Shown piece after piece: positions 20,143 to 29,661 of a stretch of DNA of 64,000 nucleotides. The stretch comes from Polyangiaceae bacterium. GTDB lineage: Bacteria; Myxococcota_A; Polyangia; Polyangiales; Polyangiaceae. Where the stretch lies: the NCBI GenBank assembly GCA_965222375.1, contig CBDCTZ010000016.1:832001-896000 (forward strand), written 5' to 3'. A program made the translations under genes and the position numbers. Each line of letters begins with the position of its first letter. The stretch's first letter is position 1. The notes under the pieces were generated by a model. That model saw only the letters and a program-made list of their open reading frames with translations. It searched no databases and was not told where the DNA came from.

Positions 20143-22020
20143 GTGGTGCTTGCTCTGCTAACCCTGTCGCGGACCGCGCAGGCACAGCCCGCCGGCTGCA
20201 GTGGCGAGTTGCAATCTTGGGTTCGACAGTGTGCCCGCAGCGAGCAGGTGGACCTGAAGTTGGATCGCTGCCCGACGGGTCAAGCCGTGGTGAAGCTCAA
20301 CGGGCAGCTGGATATCGAGATCAGCTCGCACAACGAGGACGGGTTCCTGAAGGTCGGTGAACTGACGCTCTCGCCCATAGCGGAGATCGCCGATTGGTCT
20401 CGAGAGCCCGAAGCGCGTCGGCGCGGACTGAGCGCCCTTGCGGCTTGTGTCGAACGTTCCCCACCCACACTGCCGAAGTTGGCCGTTCCACGACGGCCCG
20501 CAGCACCATGGCTGCTGATCGTGGCGGTGCTGGCTTTCCTCATGGCCGCGACAAGACCGCGCCGTGGCTGGAAGAGGCTCGCCATGTTGGTGCTGTTGGG
20601 CGTCGTTTCCTGGGGCCTAACCGTCGTGGCCCGCGGCGCCGTCATGCCCGAAGCTTTTTTTCATCAGAACGGACACGGGGCGCGCTGGGTCCAGATTGCA
20701 CTCTCGGGTGGTTCGGAATACGGGCCGGGATTCGCCGAGATCTTCGGGTGGGCTGCGCACTGGAGCTTTCCGGGCTCGGAAGCGGGCGTGTTCTTGTTGC
20801 AAGCCGTGCTTGCTGGGGCTGCGCCTCTCGCTGTGTACGCGACCTGCCGCGCTGTGGGTGCCGCATCAGTGCCGAGTGTGGCGTGGGCCTTCGCGGTCGC
20901 CGTCGAACCTGTCTTGGCGCGCATCTCCCGCAGCGAATCATACTTCTCGACGTTCACGTCCCTATCCTTCGTGGCTGTCGCGTTGCTCTGCGTGGGTTTT
21001 GCCCGGGCCAAACTCGATCGGCGCGCAGCCCTCTTCTGCATCGCCGCCGGCGTGGTGTTGGCGCAGGCGCTTCGCGTTCACCCCCTCGGCTGGGTACCGC
21101 TTTCATTCGCGCCGGCGGTGGCGCTTCTTGGACTGGGGTCCATGAAACGCCGCGTGCGTCTGACCTTCGCGGCCTACGCCATCGTGGGCAGCATCGTGCT
21201 CGTAACCAGTGGTGGCGCTCTGCTGCAGGTATTGCAGGGAGAATTGGGTCGGAGCTGGATGCCCCGCACTGGGTTTCGGAGCGACACACTGGGTTCCCCG
21301 TTGGTCATCATCAGCGCCCTCGCCGCGGCCGTGCCCCTGCTTGTGCTGCGTAACTCTCGCGGCGTCGTGTTCTTCCTACTTGGCTCCGCCCTCGCCGCCG
21401 TGGCCGCCGGCACGGACATGCTGAGCAAACCCAACCCCGCTGTGGATGCGGCGTCGGTGCGCGCTTACTTCCCCGTGGCGCTGTGCCTGGCCATGGCCGG
21501 CGTGATCCGAGTGCTGCGACCCCTGCAGCGTCGCTTGCGCCTGGGGATGCCCGCTATGGCGCGCCGTCTCTTTGCGTTGCCCGTGCTCGGCATCGGCGCC
21601 CTGACCACCGCGAGTTGGGCCCTGCGCTTCGAGCAGCTGGCCGCGCTCCCCACGGACTCCCTGGAAGCGCAGCACTTCATCGAGTGGAGGCGAGAGCTGC
21701 CTCTCGACGCCGATGTGCGCTACTTGGCGCGCGCGGGCTCACGCCTGCTCGTCCTACCCCTTTACGCTCTCGACGGGACGCCCCGGGCTCGGCCTCTCGC
21801 CGACGGAGCTGGCCTCCCACCCATCAAGAAGCGCCCCCTATTCTACTACCGCTCGAGCCTATGTTCGACGCCCGAGGGCCGCTCGCCGTGTGCGCGTCAC
21901 CAAAGCTCAGCGCGCATGCAGCTCGTGGCCGAAGCGACGCTCCCCGCACGAAGCAGCATGCGCTGGGACAGCTATCAGGGCACAACGCTGCGTGTTGCGC
22001 TGTACCGGATCTTGCCGTAG
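20143..22020 (+). CDS. Multi-pass membrane protein, GT-C-like architecture with N-terminal periplasmic domain
   Basis: Signal peptide, about a dozen hydrophobic helices and a soluble C-terminus. The start is uncertain. Confidence 0.65.
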   Translation: MVLALLTLSRTAQAQPAGCSGELQSWVRQCARSEQVDLKLDRCPTGQAVVKLNGQLDIEISSHNEDGFLKVGELTLSPIAEIADWSREPEARRRGLSALAACVERSPPTLPKLAVPRRPAAPWLLIVAVLAFLMAATRPRRGWKRLAMLVLLGVVSWGLTVVARGAVMPEAFFHQNGHGARWVQIALSGGSEYGPGFAEIFGWAAHWSFPGSEAGVFLLQAVLAGAAPLAVYATCRAVGAASVPSVAWAFAVAVEPVLARISRSESYFSTFTSLSFVAVALLCVGFARAKLDRRAALFCIAAGVVLAQALRVHPLGWVPLSFAPAVALLGLGSMKRRVRLTFAAYAIVGSIVLVTSGGALLQVLQGELGRSWMPRTGFRSDTLGSPLVIISALAAAVPLLVLRNSRGVVFFLLGSALAAVAAGTDMLSKPNPAVDAASVRAYFPVALCLAMAGVIRVLRPLQRRLRLGMPAMARRLFALPVLGIGALTTASWALRFEQLAALPTDSLEAQHFIEWRRELPLDADVRYLARAGSRLLVLPLYALDGTPRARPLADGAGLPPIKKRPLFYYRSSLCSTPEGRSPCARHQSSARMQLVAEATLPARSSMRWDSYQGTTLRVALYRILP

Positions 22021-22207
22021 CTGCGTTGCGCGCTTCGGACTGGACCGCAATCTGAACTCGAAATCCCCGGCAGGTGCACGCCGCCCCAGGGCGCGCAAAC
22101 CGGCGCCATGACCGCGGCCACCGCTTCCACGGTGTGTTGCACCTAGCCCACCCTGCCAAACGTCGCTGCGCGGTGAGCCCCGACGCGCGCCGTGTTATGG
22201 CTCGAAC

Positions 22208-24001
22208 GTGAAACGGCTGGCGCTTTTCGCTTTGGCCCAGGGGATCGAGCAGGGGCAGCCTCACCATGCTTTCGCTGCGCTCAAGGGGTTCGACCCCCTC
22301 TTGCGCTTCACGGCCCGGCGCCGCATGCGGCGCGCCCTGGAGCGCGCGCGCCTGACGACGAACCAACTGGATGACGCGCACCAGATGCGCCTGGCATTCA
22401 TTGAAATTTCGGGCGCCGCTCTGACAGCTGACTTCGACGACATCGACGCAGTGACGCGGGAACAGACCGCGCTGGCCGCGAAGGTCTCCAAGCCTCGGCG
22501 CGGCCCCTGGCTGACTCTCGGCGGCGTGCTCGCAGTGCTGCTCTCGGCGTTCTGCGTCGCTCTCGTGTGGTGGCTGACGCGTCCTTTCGATCCGACCGCC
22601 ACCGCTGGCGGGCAGGTTTTCGGCAAGGACGTGCCGGACTTCGTGGTCGGCTTGTCCCAAAATGATGCCGCAAGAGCAAACGATGCCAAAGCACGCGCCA
22701 CCAACGCCGCCGCCAAGAAGGCCCTGGGTGAGCCCGTGGTTGCCAGCCTGGCGGATCTGCTCGAGGCAACCCAGGCATTTCGAGCCGCGGGGCTACGGGA
22801 TCGAAAAGCACGCGATGCCTACGAAGCCAAAACGGCCACGCTGAACCGGGCGCTAGCCAAGGACAACAAACCGTTCTTCGTCGACGCGGACTTCGTGGGC
22901 AACGCACGCGTTGTGTCGCCCGTGCTTTTGGGTTTCTACGTCCAAGCCGAGGCCCAAGTGGAAGGTGCGGGAAGCAGTGAACGGGTGGTTCACCTATGGC
23001 GGCTGGACAAGCTGAACCTCAACCAGGGCTACTACGGCTACACGCGCCCGAGCACGCCTGCCGCCATTGTGCTGCTCGATCAAATCGAGAGCGATCTCGT
23101 ACGCGACGTCCTTCCGGCGCTACCTGAAGGCGAGCCCATGCGCTTGGTCGACGAGGAGACGGAGTTGCAGGGCGCGAAATGGGTCGCCAAGGTCAACCAG
23201 CGAGGCGCCAAGCTGGTGCGTTCCTACTTCGCAGAGGTTCCGGAGGGTCGAGACGAGGGGGTACGCAGCGTTGCTCAATTGCTGGCACGTCGCAGGGCGC
23301 TCGTGGACAAGTGGCGCAGAGAGTTGGCGGGCCTGGGCAAACTCCTGGTCGTGCCCCAGCGCCTGGTGCCCGAGGCCGACTACGCCAAAGAGCTTTCCCT
23401 CCGTGTGCCCCGGGCGGGGCTTCACGAGTGGGACGAGTTGCACGACGAACTGCTGACCAAGCCGAAGCTCGCCGCCTTCGAGCGGCTCCGGGATCACTAC
23501 GTTGCCAGCGTGGAGCGACACGAAGTGCAACATCGCCTCGACTATCGGCGCGACCTGGTGCCGGTGCCTCCCATGTTGGTGGAGCTCTTGGGCGTCGAAA
23601 ACCCGTTGGATGCTCCTTACGGCAGTCGCCCGGCGCGGGCGCGCGACGAGATGAGTTCCTTCCTGGCCAGCTTGATCGACTCGGGTCCGTCGCCGACCTT
23701 GGAGCTGGCGCTGATGGCGCGGCATGCTTTCACCAAGCACTCCCTCGGCAACGCATACTCCTACGCGGTGCTCGCGGCCTTCATGGGCATTGCCCGGGAG
23801 TTGAAGATCGACACGGACAAGTACGTTGGGCGCCGACGAATTCGCCGCGCTCAGGTTGCCAAGCTGTTCATCGCCATCACTGATCGCCCGGCTGCCAAGA
23901 TCCGCGAAGCTGCACGTCGCTTCTACAAGACGAGCTATGGCATTCACTTGCCCCGTGTGAAGACGGTCTCGTCTACGAAGAACGAAGCATGGAGGCACTA
24001 A
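22208..24001 (+). CDS. Membrane-anchored hypothetical protein with HExxH motif
   Basis: One TM helix; ERHEVQH followed by a downstream E (RDEMSS); coding-like composition. Confidence 0.7.
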   Translation: MKRLALFALAQGIEQGQPHHAFAALKGFDPLLRFTARRRMRRALERARLTTNQLDDAHQMRLAFIEISGAALTADFDDIDAVTREQTALAAKVSKPRRGPWLTLGGVLAVLLSAFCVALVWWLTRPFDPTATAGGQVFGKDVPDFVVGLSQNDAARANDAKARATNAAAKKALGEPVVASLADLLEATQAFRAAGLRDRKARDAYEAKTATLNRALAKDNKPFFVDADFVGNARVVSPVLLGFYVQAEAQVEGAGSSERVVHLWRLDKLNLNQGYYGYTRPSTPAAIVLLDQIESDLVRDVLPALPEGEPMRLVDEETELQGAKWVAKVNQRGAKLVRSYFAEVPEGRDEGVRSVAQLLARRRALVDKWRRELAGLGKLLVVPQRLVPEADYAKELSLRVPRAGLHEWDELHDELLTKPKLAAFERLRDHYVASVERHEVQHRLDYRRDLVPVPPMLVELLGVENPLDAPYGSRPARARDEMSSFLASLIDSGPSPTLELALMARHAFTKHSLGNAYSYAVLAAFMGIARELKIDTDKYVGRRRIRRAQVAKLFIAITDRPAAKIREAARRFYKTSYGIHLPRVKTVSSTKNEAWRH

Positions 24002-24531
24002 GCCGTGTACACAGCCTGTTCACGCTCCTGGCTTGCATCGGGGCGTGCGTATTGGCTGCGCCGGCACATGCCGACACGCCGGTCATTGCGTCCGGGCGCG
24101 AGGCTGACGTCATGGCGTTGTTCCGCCCCTACACCCTGGGAGCCGCCGTCACACCGCAGGCCAAACTGTGGAATGTGCGGGTGGAGCCGGAACGGATCTT
24201 CGTGGAGATCGAGGGGACCGCCAAGACGTCATTTCGACTCGAGCATCCCGACCGCGCCTCTGGAACCGAGCGCAGCAAGAGCTTCGTCGTCATCCGAGAG
24301 CCGTCCGCCGCGACCGGGGCCAGCCAGAGGGCGGTGGATCTGCTCGTGGCGCGAATACGAGCAAACGACACGGGTCAGTTCTGGGACCGCACCACTCCGG
24401 ATCCCGCAGGCCGTCCGGCTGCCGCTCCGCCGCCACGTTTCAGGGGGATCTGGATCCCCGTCGTCGTCACCTTCCTCGCCGCCCTGGCGGCGTTCTGGGT
24501 GAACCGCAAAAGTCGGCGAGACGCCGCGTGA
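23989..24531 (+). CDS. Exported hypothetical protein with C-terminal TM anchor
   Basis: Signal peptide ending AHA-D; C-terminal hydrophobic helix followed by a basic tail. Confidence 0.7.
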   Translation: MEALSRVHSLFTLLACIGACVLAAPAHADTPVIASGREADVMALFRPYTLGAAVTPQAKLWNVRVEPERIFVEIEGTAKTSFRLEHPDRASGTERSKSFVVIREPSAATGASQRAVDLLVARIRANDTGQFWDRTTPDPAGRPAAAPPPRFRGIWIPVVVTFLAALAAFWVNRKSRRDAA

Positions 24532-24538
24532 TCCGCCG

Positions 24539-25699
24539 TCACTTTGCGCGCAGCATGACTTGCCCTCCGCGATTGACCCAGTAGACCGCGCGATCGTCGA
24601 CGGCGATTCCGGCGGGGTTCTTCTGACCTTCGGCGATCAATTCGGCATCGCCACCCGCTTTGGCAACGCGCTGCACGCTTCCGCGGGTGAAGTCCGTCCA
24701 GTAAACGTGTTGGCCATCCACGGCGATGCCGAAGGCACGCTCCCCGGAGGCGTAGAGCATCTGCGGCGACCCGCTCGGTAGGGCGACGCGCATGACCTGT
24801 CCGCCGTTGTAGTTGGCCCAATACAGATGCCCCGCATTGACCGCGATCGCTGTGGGGCCATCTTGGCCGCCCGCGTGCAAGACTTGGTCGCCGCCCTGTT
24901 TGCTACGAGAGCGAACCGAACCGTCGAGGGACGTCCAGTACACGCGGCTATCGTCCACAGCCACGCCGCTTGGGTTGTCCTGGTTCGGCGCGATCACAGA
25001 GAACTCGCTGCCGTTCTTGTTTGCGCGGGCGACATTCGAGCCCGAGGCGAAGTTGGCCCAGTACACATGCTGCGGGTCGATGGCGATCCCGTCCGGGCCA
25101 CCTTGGTCTTTTGCCACCACATAGGGGAAGCCGGACGTGGGTGAGGTCAGCACCATGCGCATGACAGTGCCTTGGGAGCCGCCGGCGTAGTTGGTCCAAA
25201 ACACTTCGTTGCTGGTCGCAGTGATCCAACGTGGGAACGCTTGCCCGGCTGCGAGCACGACGGGACCTTCCATCAACGTGTTCTGTGCCATCACCGTTCC
25301 TGAAGACCCCTCGTTCGTCCAATATACGGTGTTGTCGACCACTGCGATGCCTAGCGGCGAGTCCTGTCCGCTCGCGAAGGTCACGAGTTCGCACTGCCCA
25401 TCGACACACGCCGCACCGAGGCAGCCGCGAAAACATGCGCCGCAGTGCGACGGAGCCTGCTGCAGGTTCGTCTCGCAACCATCGCTTGGATCACCATTAC
25501 AGTCTGCGAAGGGTGGGTCGCATACCGCCGCGTCCGGCGGCGCGTCCGTCGCGGCATCGGGCACAGCACCGCCGTCCGGCTTGGCGTCCGGAGCAGCATC
25601 GGTGGGATTCGTCGCGAGGGGTTCGCTCAGGCCGGATCTCGATCCACAGCCGACCAGCAATAGGCACAGCGCTGTGGCGCTCCCTCGCTTCAGACTCAT
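24539..25699 (-). CDS. Lipoprotein with Cys-rich motif and YWT-repeat beta-propeller
   Basis: Lipobox LVGC; DCNGDPSDGCETNL; repeated GIAVD..VYWT units. Confidence 0.85.
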   Translation of the reverse strand: MSLKRGSATALCLLLVGCGSRSGLSEPLATNPTDAAPDAKPDGGAVPDAATDAPPDAAVCDPPFADCNGDPSDGCETNLQQAPSHCGACFRGCLGAACVDGQCELVTFASGQDSPLGIAVVDNTVYWTNEGSSGTVMAQNTLMEGPVVLAAGQAFPRWITATSNEVFWTNYAGGSQGTVMRMVLTSPTSGFPYVVAKDQGGPDGIAIDPQHVYWANFASGSNVARANKNGSEFSVIAPNQDNPSGVAVDDSRVYWTSLDGSVRSRSKQGGDQVLHAGGQDGPTAIAVNAGHLYWANYNGGQVMRVALPSGSPQMLYASGERAFGIAVDGQHVYWTDFTRGSVQRVAKAGGDAELIAEGQKNPAGIAVDDRAVYWVNRGGQVMLRAK

Positions 25700-25809
25700 G
25701 CGACAAAGAGGATCCGTTCGAGCGCCGGCGACGTCAATATCACCAGGGCGCCGCCACGATCCGCGGTCGCGAGTTTGCGAGGCACCCGGCGTCGAGCTAG
25801 AAGCCCCGA

Positions 25810-26880
25810 GTGAGTCGCGCACGCAGTCGCTATCTGACGAGCCTGGTCGCCGCGCTGATCGCGCACGGTGGTCTTGCTGCGGTTGCTGCATTGACCTGGA
25901 CGGCGCCGACATACTTTCAGCGAAGCCTGCGCACTCTGCCCGCTGATCGCGTCGAAGTGACGCTGCGGTTCGACGAGCCGCCTGCGCTCCGGCCGCCGAT
26001 CAGGCAGCGCCATCCAAGTGTGGCGCTCCCCCCGCAGTCACCGCTCACGAAGCTGAGCGCGAGCGCCAGGGTGCGACCGACTCCAGGTAGCGCGTTGGAC
26101 GCGCCTGCCTTTCCAAGTGAACCCCCGCAGCCGCACCCCCGTTCCCCTGCGCGCCTCGCGCCGCCCGCGCCAACCCTCAGCCTGTCCCAACTCGGGATCG
26201 GACCCGGCGTGAACCCGGCACTGACGAAAACACCGCGCATCCAGTCCCACCGGCGCCAGCGCATCGCGGAATCCAACGCACGCCTTTCCGCGTCTCTTGC
26301 TGCGGGAGCCGCAGACCGCGATTTGGCTCTGGGTTTGGGCGCGCATGGTGCAGTCCTCTCGTCCCTGGAACGCACCACCTTGTCAGGCAATACGCCGGCG
26401 ACAGGGAGTGCGTTGTTTGTCGTGCAGGTGAACTCCAAAGGCAAGCTCGCCTTCGTCGACGTGATCGAAGCCGCGGGGTCCTTCGCCGGCTGGACCGAGG
26501 TCGCGAAGCGCACCCAAGCAGCCCTTGCGAAGCGGCGGTTGCGTATGCCAGCAGGTGCCCGGGGCGTGGAGTATCGGATCCGAGTTCGATCCAAAGTGCA
26601 AATGCCCAGTGGTCGGGATCCAGGTTTGGAAGTGCGCGCCCTCGGCATCCCGCTCAAGCGCGGTGAGGGAAAGAACTCGACCCGCATCGACATTCTGACG
26701 CCCAAGCTGAAGGCGGAAATGATCAAGGTTCCCAATCCCGGTAATCCAAAGGAGACCATCGAGCTGCCTAGCGTCGGTCTGAGCATCGGGCTGTTTGGCC
26801 TGAGCGGCGACCCCGCCGATATCGGCGCCGAGCGAAAGCGCATGGTCTCGGCCGTCGTCGAATCCCAGCGTCTGCTGTGA
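25810..26880 (+). CDS. Membrane-anchored Pro-rich hypothetical protein (TonB-like architecture)
   Basis: N-terminal TM helix with His (SLVAALIAHG), Pro-rich linker, globular C-terminus. Confidence 0.6.
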   Translation: MSRARSRYLTSLVAALIAHGGLAAVAALTWTAPTYFQRSLRTLPADRVEVTLRFDEPPALRPPIRQRHPSVALPPQSPLTKLSASARVRPTPGSALDAPAFPSEPPQPHPRSPARLAPPAPTLSLSQLGIGPGVNPALTKTPRIQSHRRQRIAESNARLSASLAAGAADRDLALGLGAHGAVLSSLERTTLSGNTPATGSALFVVQVNSKGKLAFVDVIEAAGSFAGWTEVAKRTQAALAKRRLRMPAGARGVEYRIRVRSKVQMPSGRDPGLEVRALGIPLKRGEGKNSTRIDILTPKLKAEMIKVPNPGNPKETIELPSVGLSIGLFGLSGDPADIGAERKRMVSAVVESQRLL

Positions 26881-26972
26881 CGCTGCGGAAGGTTTTGCCC
26901 AGAACTCCCGCGTTGGAGCGTGCCCTGGGCTCGCCACCGGCGCCTGCCACCTTTTCGGTGTACAGTGTGCAC

Positions 26973-27737
26973 GTGACTTTGCGTAGGGCTTGGCTTGCTT
27001 TGGTGCTGGGGTGTGCGCTCGCGGGCGCCGCGGCGTGTGATCTCAATCCGCAACCAGAAGTGCCCAGTGGTGCTGCGGCAGCCGCGGGCGCTGGTGCCTT
27101 CGGTGGCAGCACAGGTACTGGAGGCTTTGGCGGTGGTGCGGGTGGCGGTGCCGGCATCGGCATTGGCGGTACTGCTGCTGGTGGCTCGGGCGCTACGAGC
27201 GGCTCCGGTGGCAGTGCTGGTTCGGCGGGAAGTGGCACCGGTGGCGGCACGGGCGTGTTCGACTGCTTGCCTGCCTGCAAGGCTGGTGAGGTTTGCAATC
27301 TCGGCAAGTGTGTCGATGACCCCTGCGAGCCAAACAACTGCAGTGCAAAACAAGCCTGCAAGCCGAACGCGGACTTCACGGCAGCTGGGTGTTTCGATTC
27401 CTGCGCCAGCGTGAATTGCAGCGCGGGCGAGCAGTGCGACGACGGCAAGTGCGAGGCCACGGGCTGCAGCGTGACTTGCAACCACGACGAGGTTTGCTTG
27501 CCCTTGCCGGACGCGGGATACGCCTGCGTGCCCGACCCCTGTGCGGCCGACGCTGGCCCACTGTGTGGAGCTAACCAAGCGTGTGATCCCATGACGCTCG
27601 CGTGCGTTCCGGATCCTTGCATTGGCGTGAAGTGCCCAGTCGGCCAAGAGTGCAACGCGGGGCAGTGCGTGTTTTCGAGTGACGGCGGGGCAGACGCGGG
27701 AGCCGACTCGGGCAGTACCGACGCTAGCGGCGACTGA
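26973..27737 (+). CDS. Gly-linker, Cys-rich repeat lipoprotein
   Basis: Lipobox AAAC-DLNPQPEVP; repeated C..V.C..G..C..G.C units. Confidence 0.8.
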   Translation: MTLRRAWLALVLGCALAGAAACDLNPQPEVPSGAAAAAGAGAFGGSTGTGGFGGGAGGGAGIGIGGTAAGGSGATSGSGGSAGSAGSGTGGGTGVFDCLPACKAGEVCNLGKCVDDPCEPNNCSAKQACKPNADFTAAGCFDSCASVNCSAGEQCDDGKCEATGCSVTCNHDEVCLPLPDAGYACVPDPCAADAGPLCGANQACDPMTLACVPDPCIGVKCPVGQECNAGQCVFSSDGGADAGADSGSTDASGD

Positions 27738-27821
27738 GCCAGAGTTCAGGCGCGGCAGCGAACTCGCGTTGCGGTTTTCGACCGCCCGAGGTATTCGAAG
27801 CCCTCCGTGAAAGGGACTCAG

Positions 27822-28550
27822 ATGCTCAACCGCACTCGCCTGACGACAACCGCAGCTGCCGCAACACTGTTCATCGCTCTCTTCGCCTGCAAGAAGAAGT
27901 CAGCGCCGAGCCCGAGCACGACGTCCACGACGGGCACCACGACTTCAGCCGGCGCCGACCTTTCCGGCAACTACAACATCACCGCAGCGTCGAACCCTGG
28001 TGGTGGCGGTGGCTACAAAGGTAGCGTCGACATCGCCAGTGCGGCTGATGCCTACACCTTGAAGTGGAACCTGTCCGGCCAGCCCGGCTACACCGGCGTT
28101 GGCATCGACCAAGACGGCATCTTGGGTGTCGGCTGGGGAACGGGCAGCAAGTACGGCGTTGTCGTTTACAAGGTCAACGGCGGTACCCTCAATGGCCGCT
28201 GGGCACTCAGCAACGCCACGGCCGGAGTTGGCACCGAAACCGCGGTCGGCCCCGAGGGCCTCAACGGCGCCTACAAGGTCGAAGGCAAGTCGCCCAAGAC
28301 CGGCTCGGACTACAAGGGCACTCTGACGATTACCCCCGCTGGCTCGGTCCACAAGGTGGGTTGGGCGCTCACCAGCGGTGAAAAGTACAGCGGCGTTGGT
28401 ATCCTCGAAGGCTCGACCTTCGTCGTCGGCTGGGGCATCGGTGGCAGCGCCGGAGTCGTGGTGTACACCCGCGCCGGCACCGGACTATCCGGAAAGTGGG
28501 CCATGCCCACTAGCAACAGCCTCGGGAGCGAAACTCTCGCCAGGAACTGA
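27822..28550 (+). CDS. Lipoprotein with two tandem beta-rich domains
   Basis: Lipobox LFAC; internal duplication (L.G.Y...YKG...W...Y.GVGI...VGWG...GVVVY...L.G.W twice). Confidence 0.8.
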   Translation: MLNRTRLTTTAAAATLFIALFACKKKSAPSPSTTSTTGTTTSAGADLSGNYNITAASNPGGGGGYKGSVDIASAADAYTLKWNLSGQPGYTGVGIDQDGILGVGWGTGSKYGVVVYKVNGGTLNGRWALSNATAGVGTETAVGPEGLNGAYKVEGKSPKTGSDYKGTLTITPAGSVHKVGWALTSGEKYSGVGILEGSTFVVGWGIGGSAGVVVYTRAGTGLSGKWAMPTSNSLGSETLARN

Positions 28551-28585
28551 CCGCCTCCTGCTATTGGTTGAGTGATGACCCATAC

Positions 28586-28607
28586 CAAGCGGCTTTTGCG
28601 CCGCTTG
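28586..28607. terminator. Hairpin CAAGCGGC-N6-GCCGCTTG downstream of the lipoprotein gene
   Basis: Perfect 8-bp stem, but no U-tract. Confidence 0.35.
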
Positions 28608-28710
28608 AAGGGTGCCCAGAGTTCGGCTACGTCCGGAGCCCGAAGCGGGAACTCCAGCAATGACGCGGTGAGTACCGTGACTCATCGCGGGGTGACGACT
28701 GCGTTGAGCC

Positions 28711-29661
28711 ATGCCTGAGTACGCCATCTTCCTGACCCCCGTCGAGCCGACGCGCACGCGCCCTGCAGAGACGGTTCGGGCTCACTGCTTGCACTTGGAC
28801 AGGCTAGAGGCTGCGGGCCGCATGATCGCGGCAGGCCCTTTCGACGACGCGGCCGGGGGCGGGATGGTCATTGGGAGTTTCCCGAATAGTGACGAGGCAT
28901 TGAAGTTCGCGCAAGCGGACCCATTCGTGCTGGGCGGCTACAGTCAGGTCCAGATTCGCCCCTGGCAATGGAGTCATCGAGAAAACGGACACCTCGGGCT
29001 GGTCGAGCCCACACCCGGGGTTCACCCGCGCTTTCTGGACACTCTGCGTTTGCGCGCGACAGCGAGGGAGTTCTCAGGGCAAGCGCTCGATCCCTCGGTG
29101 GTGCATTCTCTGCTCTCTTCGGCTGTAGCTGCGCCATCGGAATTCAACCTCCAACCCTGGCGACCCATCGTTTGCCACGCCATCGAAGACCGTCGGCGCC
29201 TCCAGCGGTGTTGCCTCGACCAGCGACAAGTTGCGGCAGCAGCCGTGGCCGTCGTATGTGCCGTAGACCTTCGTGTCTTCGAGGAAGAGCTGCCGCGGGC
29301 GGTGGATGAGCTGATCGCGCGAGGGAGGTACGATCCAGAGCAGCGAGACGCGGCGATTGCGCACATGCGCTCCTGCTACGCCGAGCCTCGCGACGCGGCG
29401 ATTCGTAACGGAACCATCTTCGGGCACCAACTCCTGCTTGGGGGCATCAGCCGGGGCCTTGCGGGATTCTGGCTCGGTGGCTTCGACGAAGTGGCCCTAC
29501 GCGCGGAATTCTGCCTCCCAGAATGCACCATCGTGGCGGGCGTGGTCGGACTTGGTTGGGCGAAGGCGCGAGGCGAGCCGATGCCTCGCCAACCTGTCGA
29601 ACGCATTGTGGGATGGGGTCGGTGCGCCAGGCAAAGCCTGGATGAGGAGGAGGTCAACTAG
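28711..29661 (+). CDS. YciI domain-nitroreductase fusion (3' end interrupted by a group II intron)
   Basis: YciI: AH..HL...GRMIAAGPF...ADPFV. Nitroreductase: R.TAREF, APSEFNLQPWR, GGFD, LGW. Confidence 0.85.
   Translation: MPEYAIFLTPVEPTRTRPAETVRAHCLHLDRLEAAGRMIAAGPFDDAAGGGMVIGSFPNSDEALKFAQADPFVLGGYSQVQIRPWQWSHRENGHLGLVEPTPGVHPRFLDTLRLRATAREFSGQALDPSVVHSLLSSAVAAPSEFNLQPWRPIVCHAIEDRRRLQRCCLDQRQVAAAAVAVVCAVDLRVFEEELPRAVDELIARGRYDPEQRDAAIAHMRSCYAEPRDAAIRNGTIFGHQLLLGGISRGLAGFWLGGFDEVALRAEFCLPECTIVAGVVGLGWAKARGEPMPRQPVERIVGWGRCARQSLDEEEVN

Noticed and set aside
28551..28710. Hairpin-rich intergenic region as an integron attC site
   Set aside because: No RYYYAAC...GTTRRRY boundaries were recognised and there is no integron integrase.
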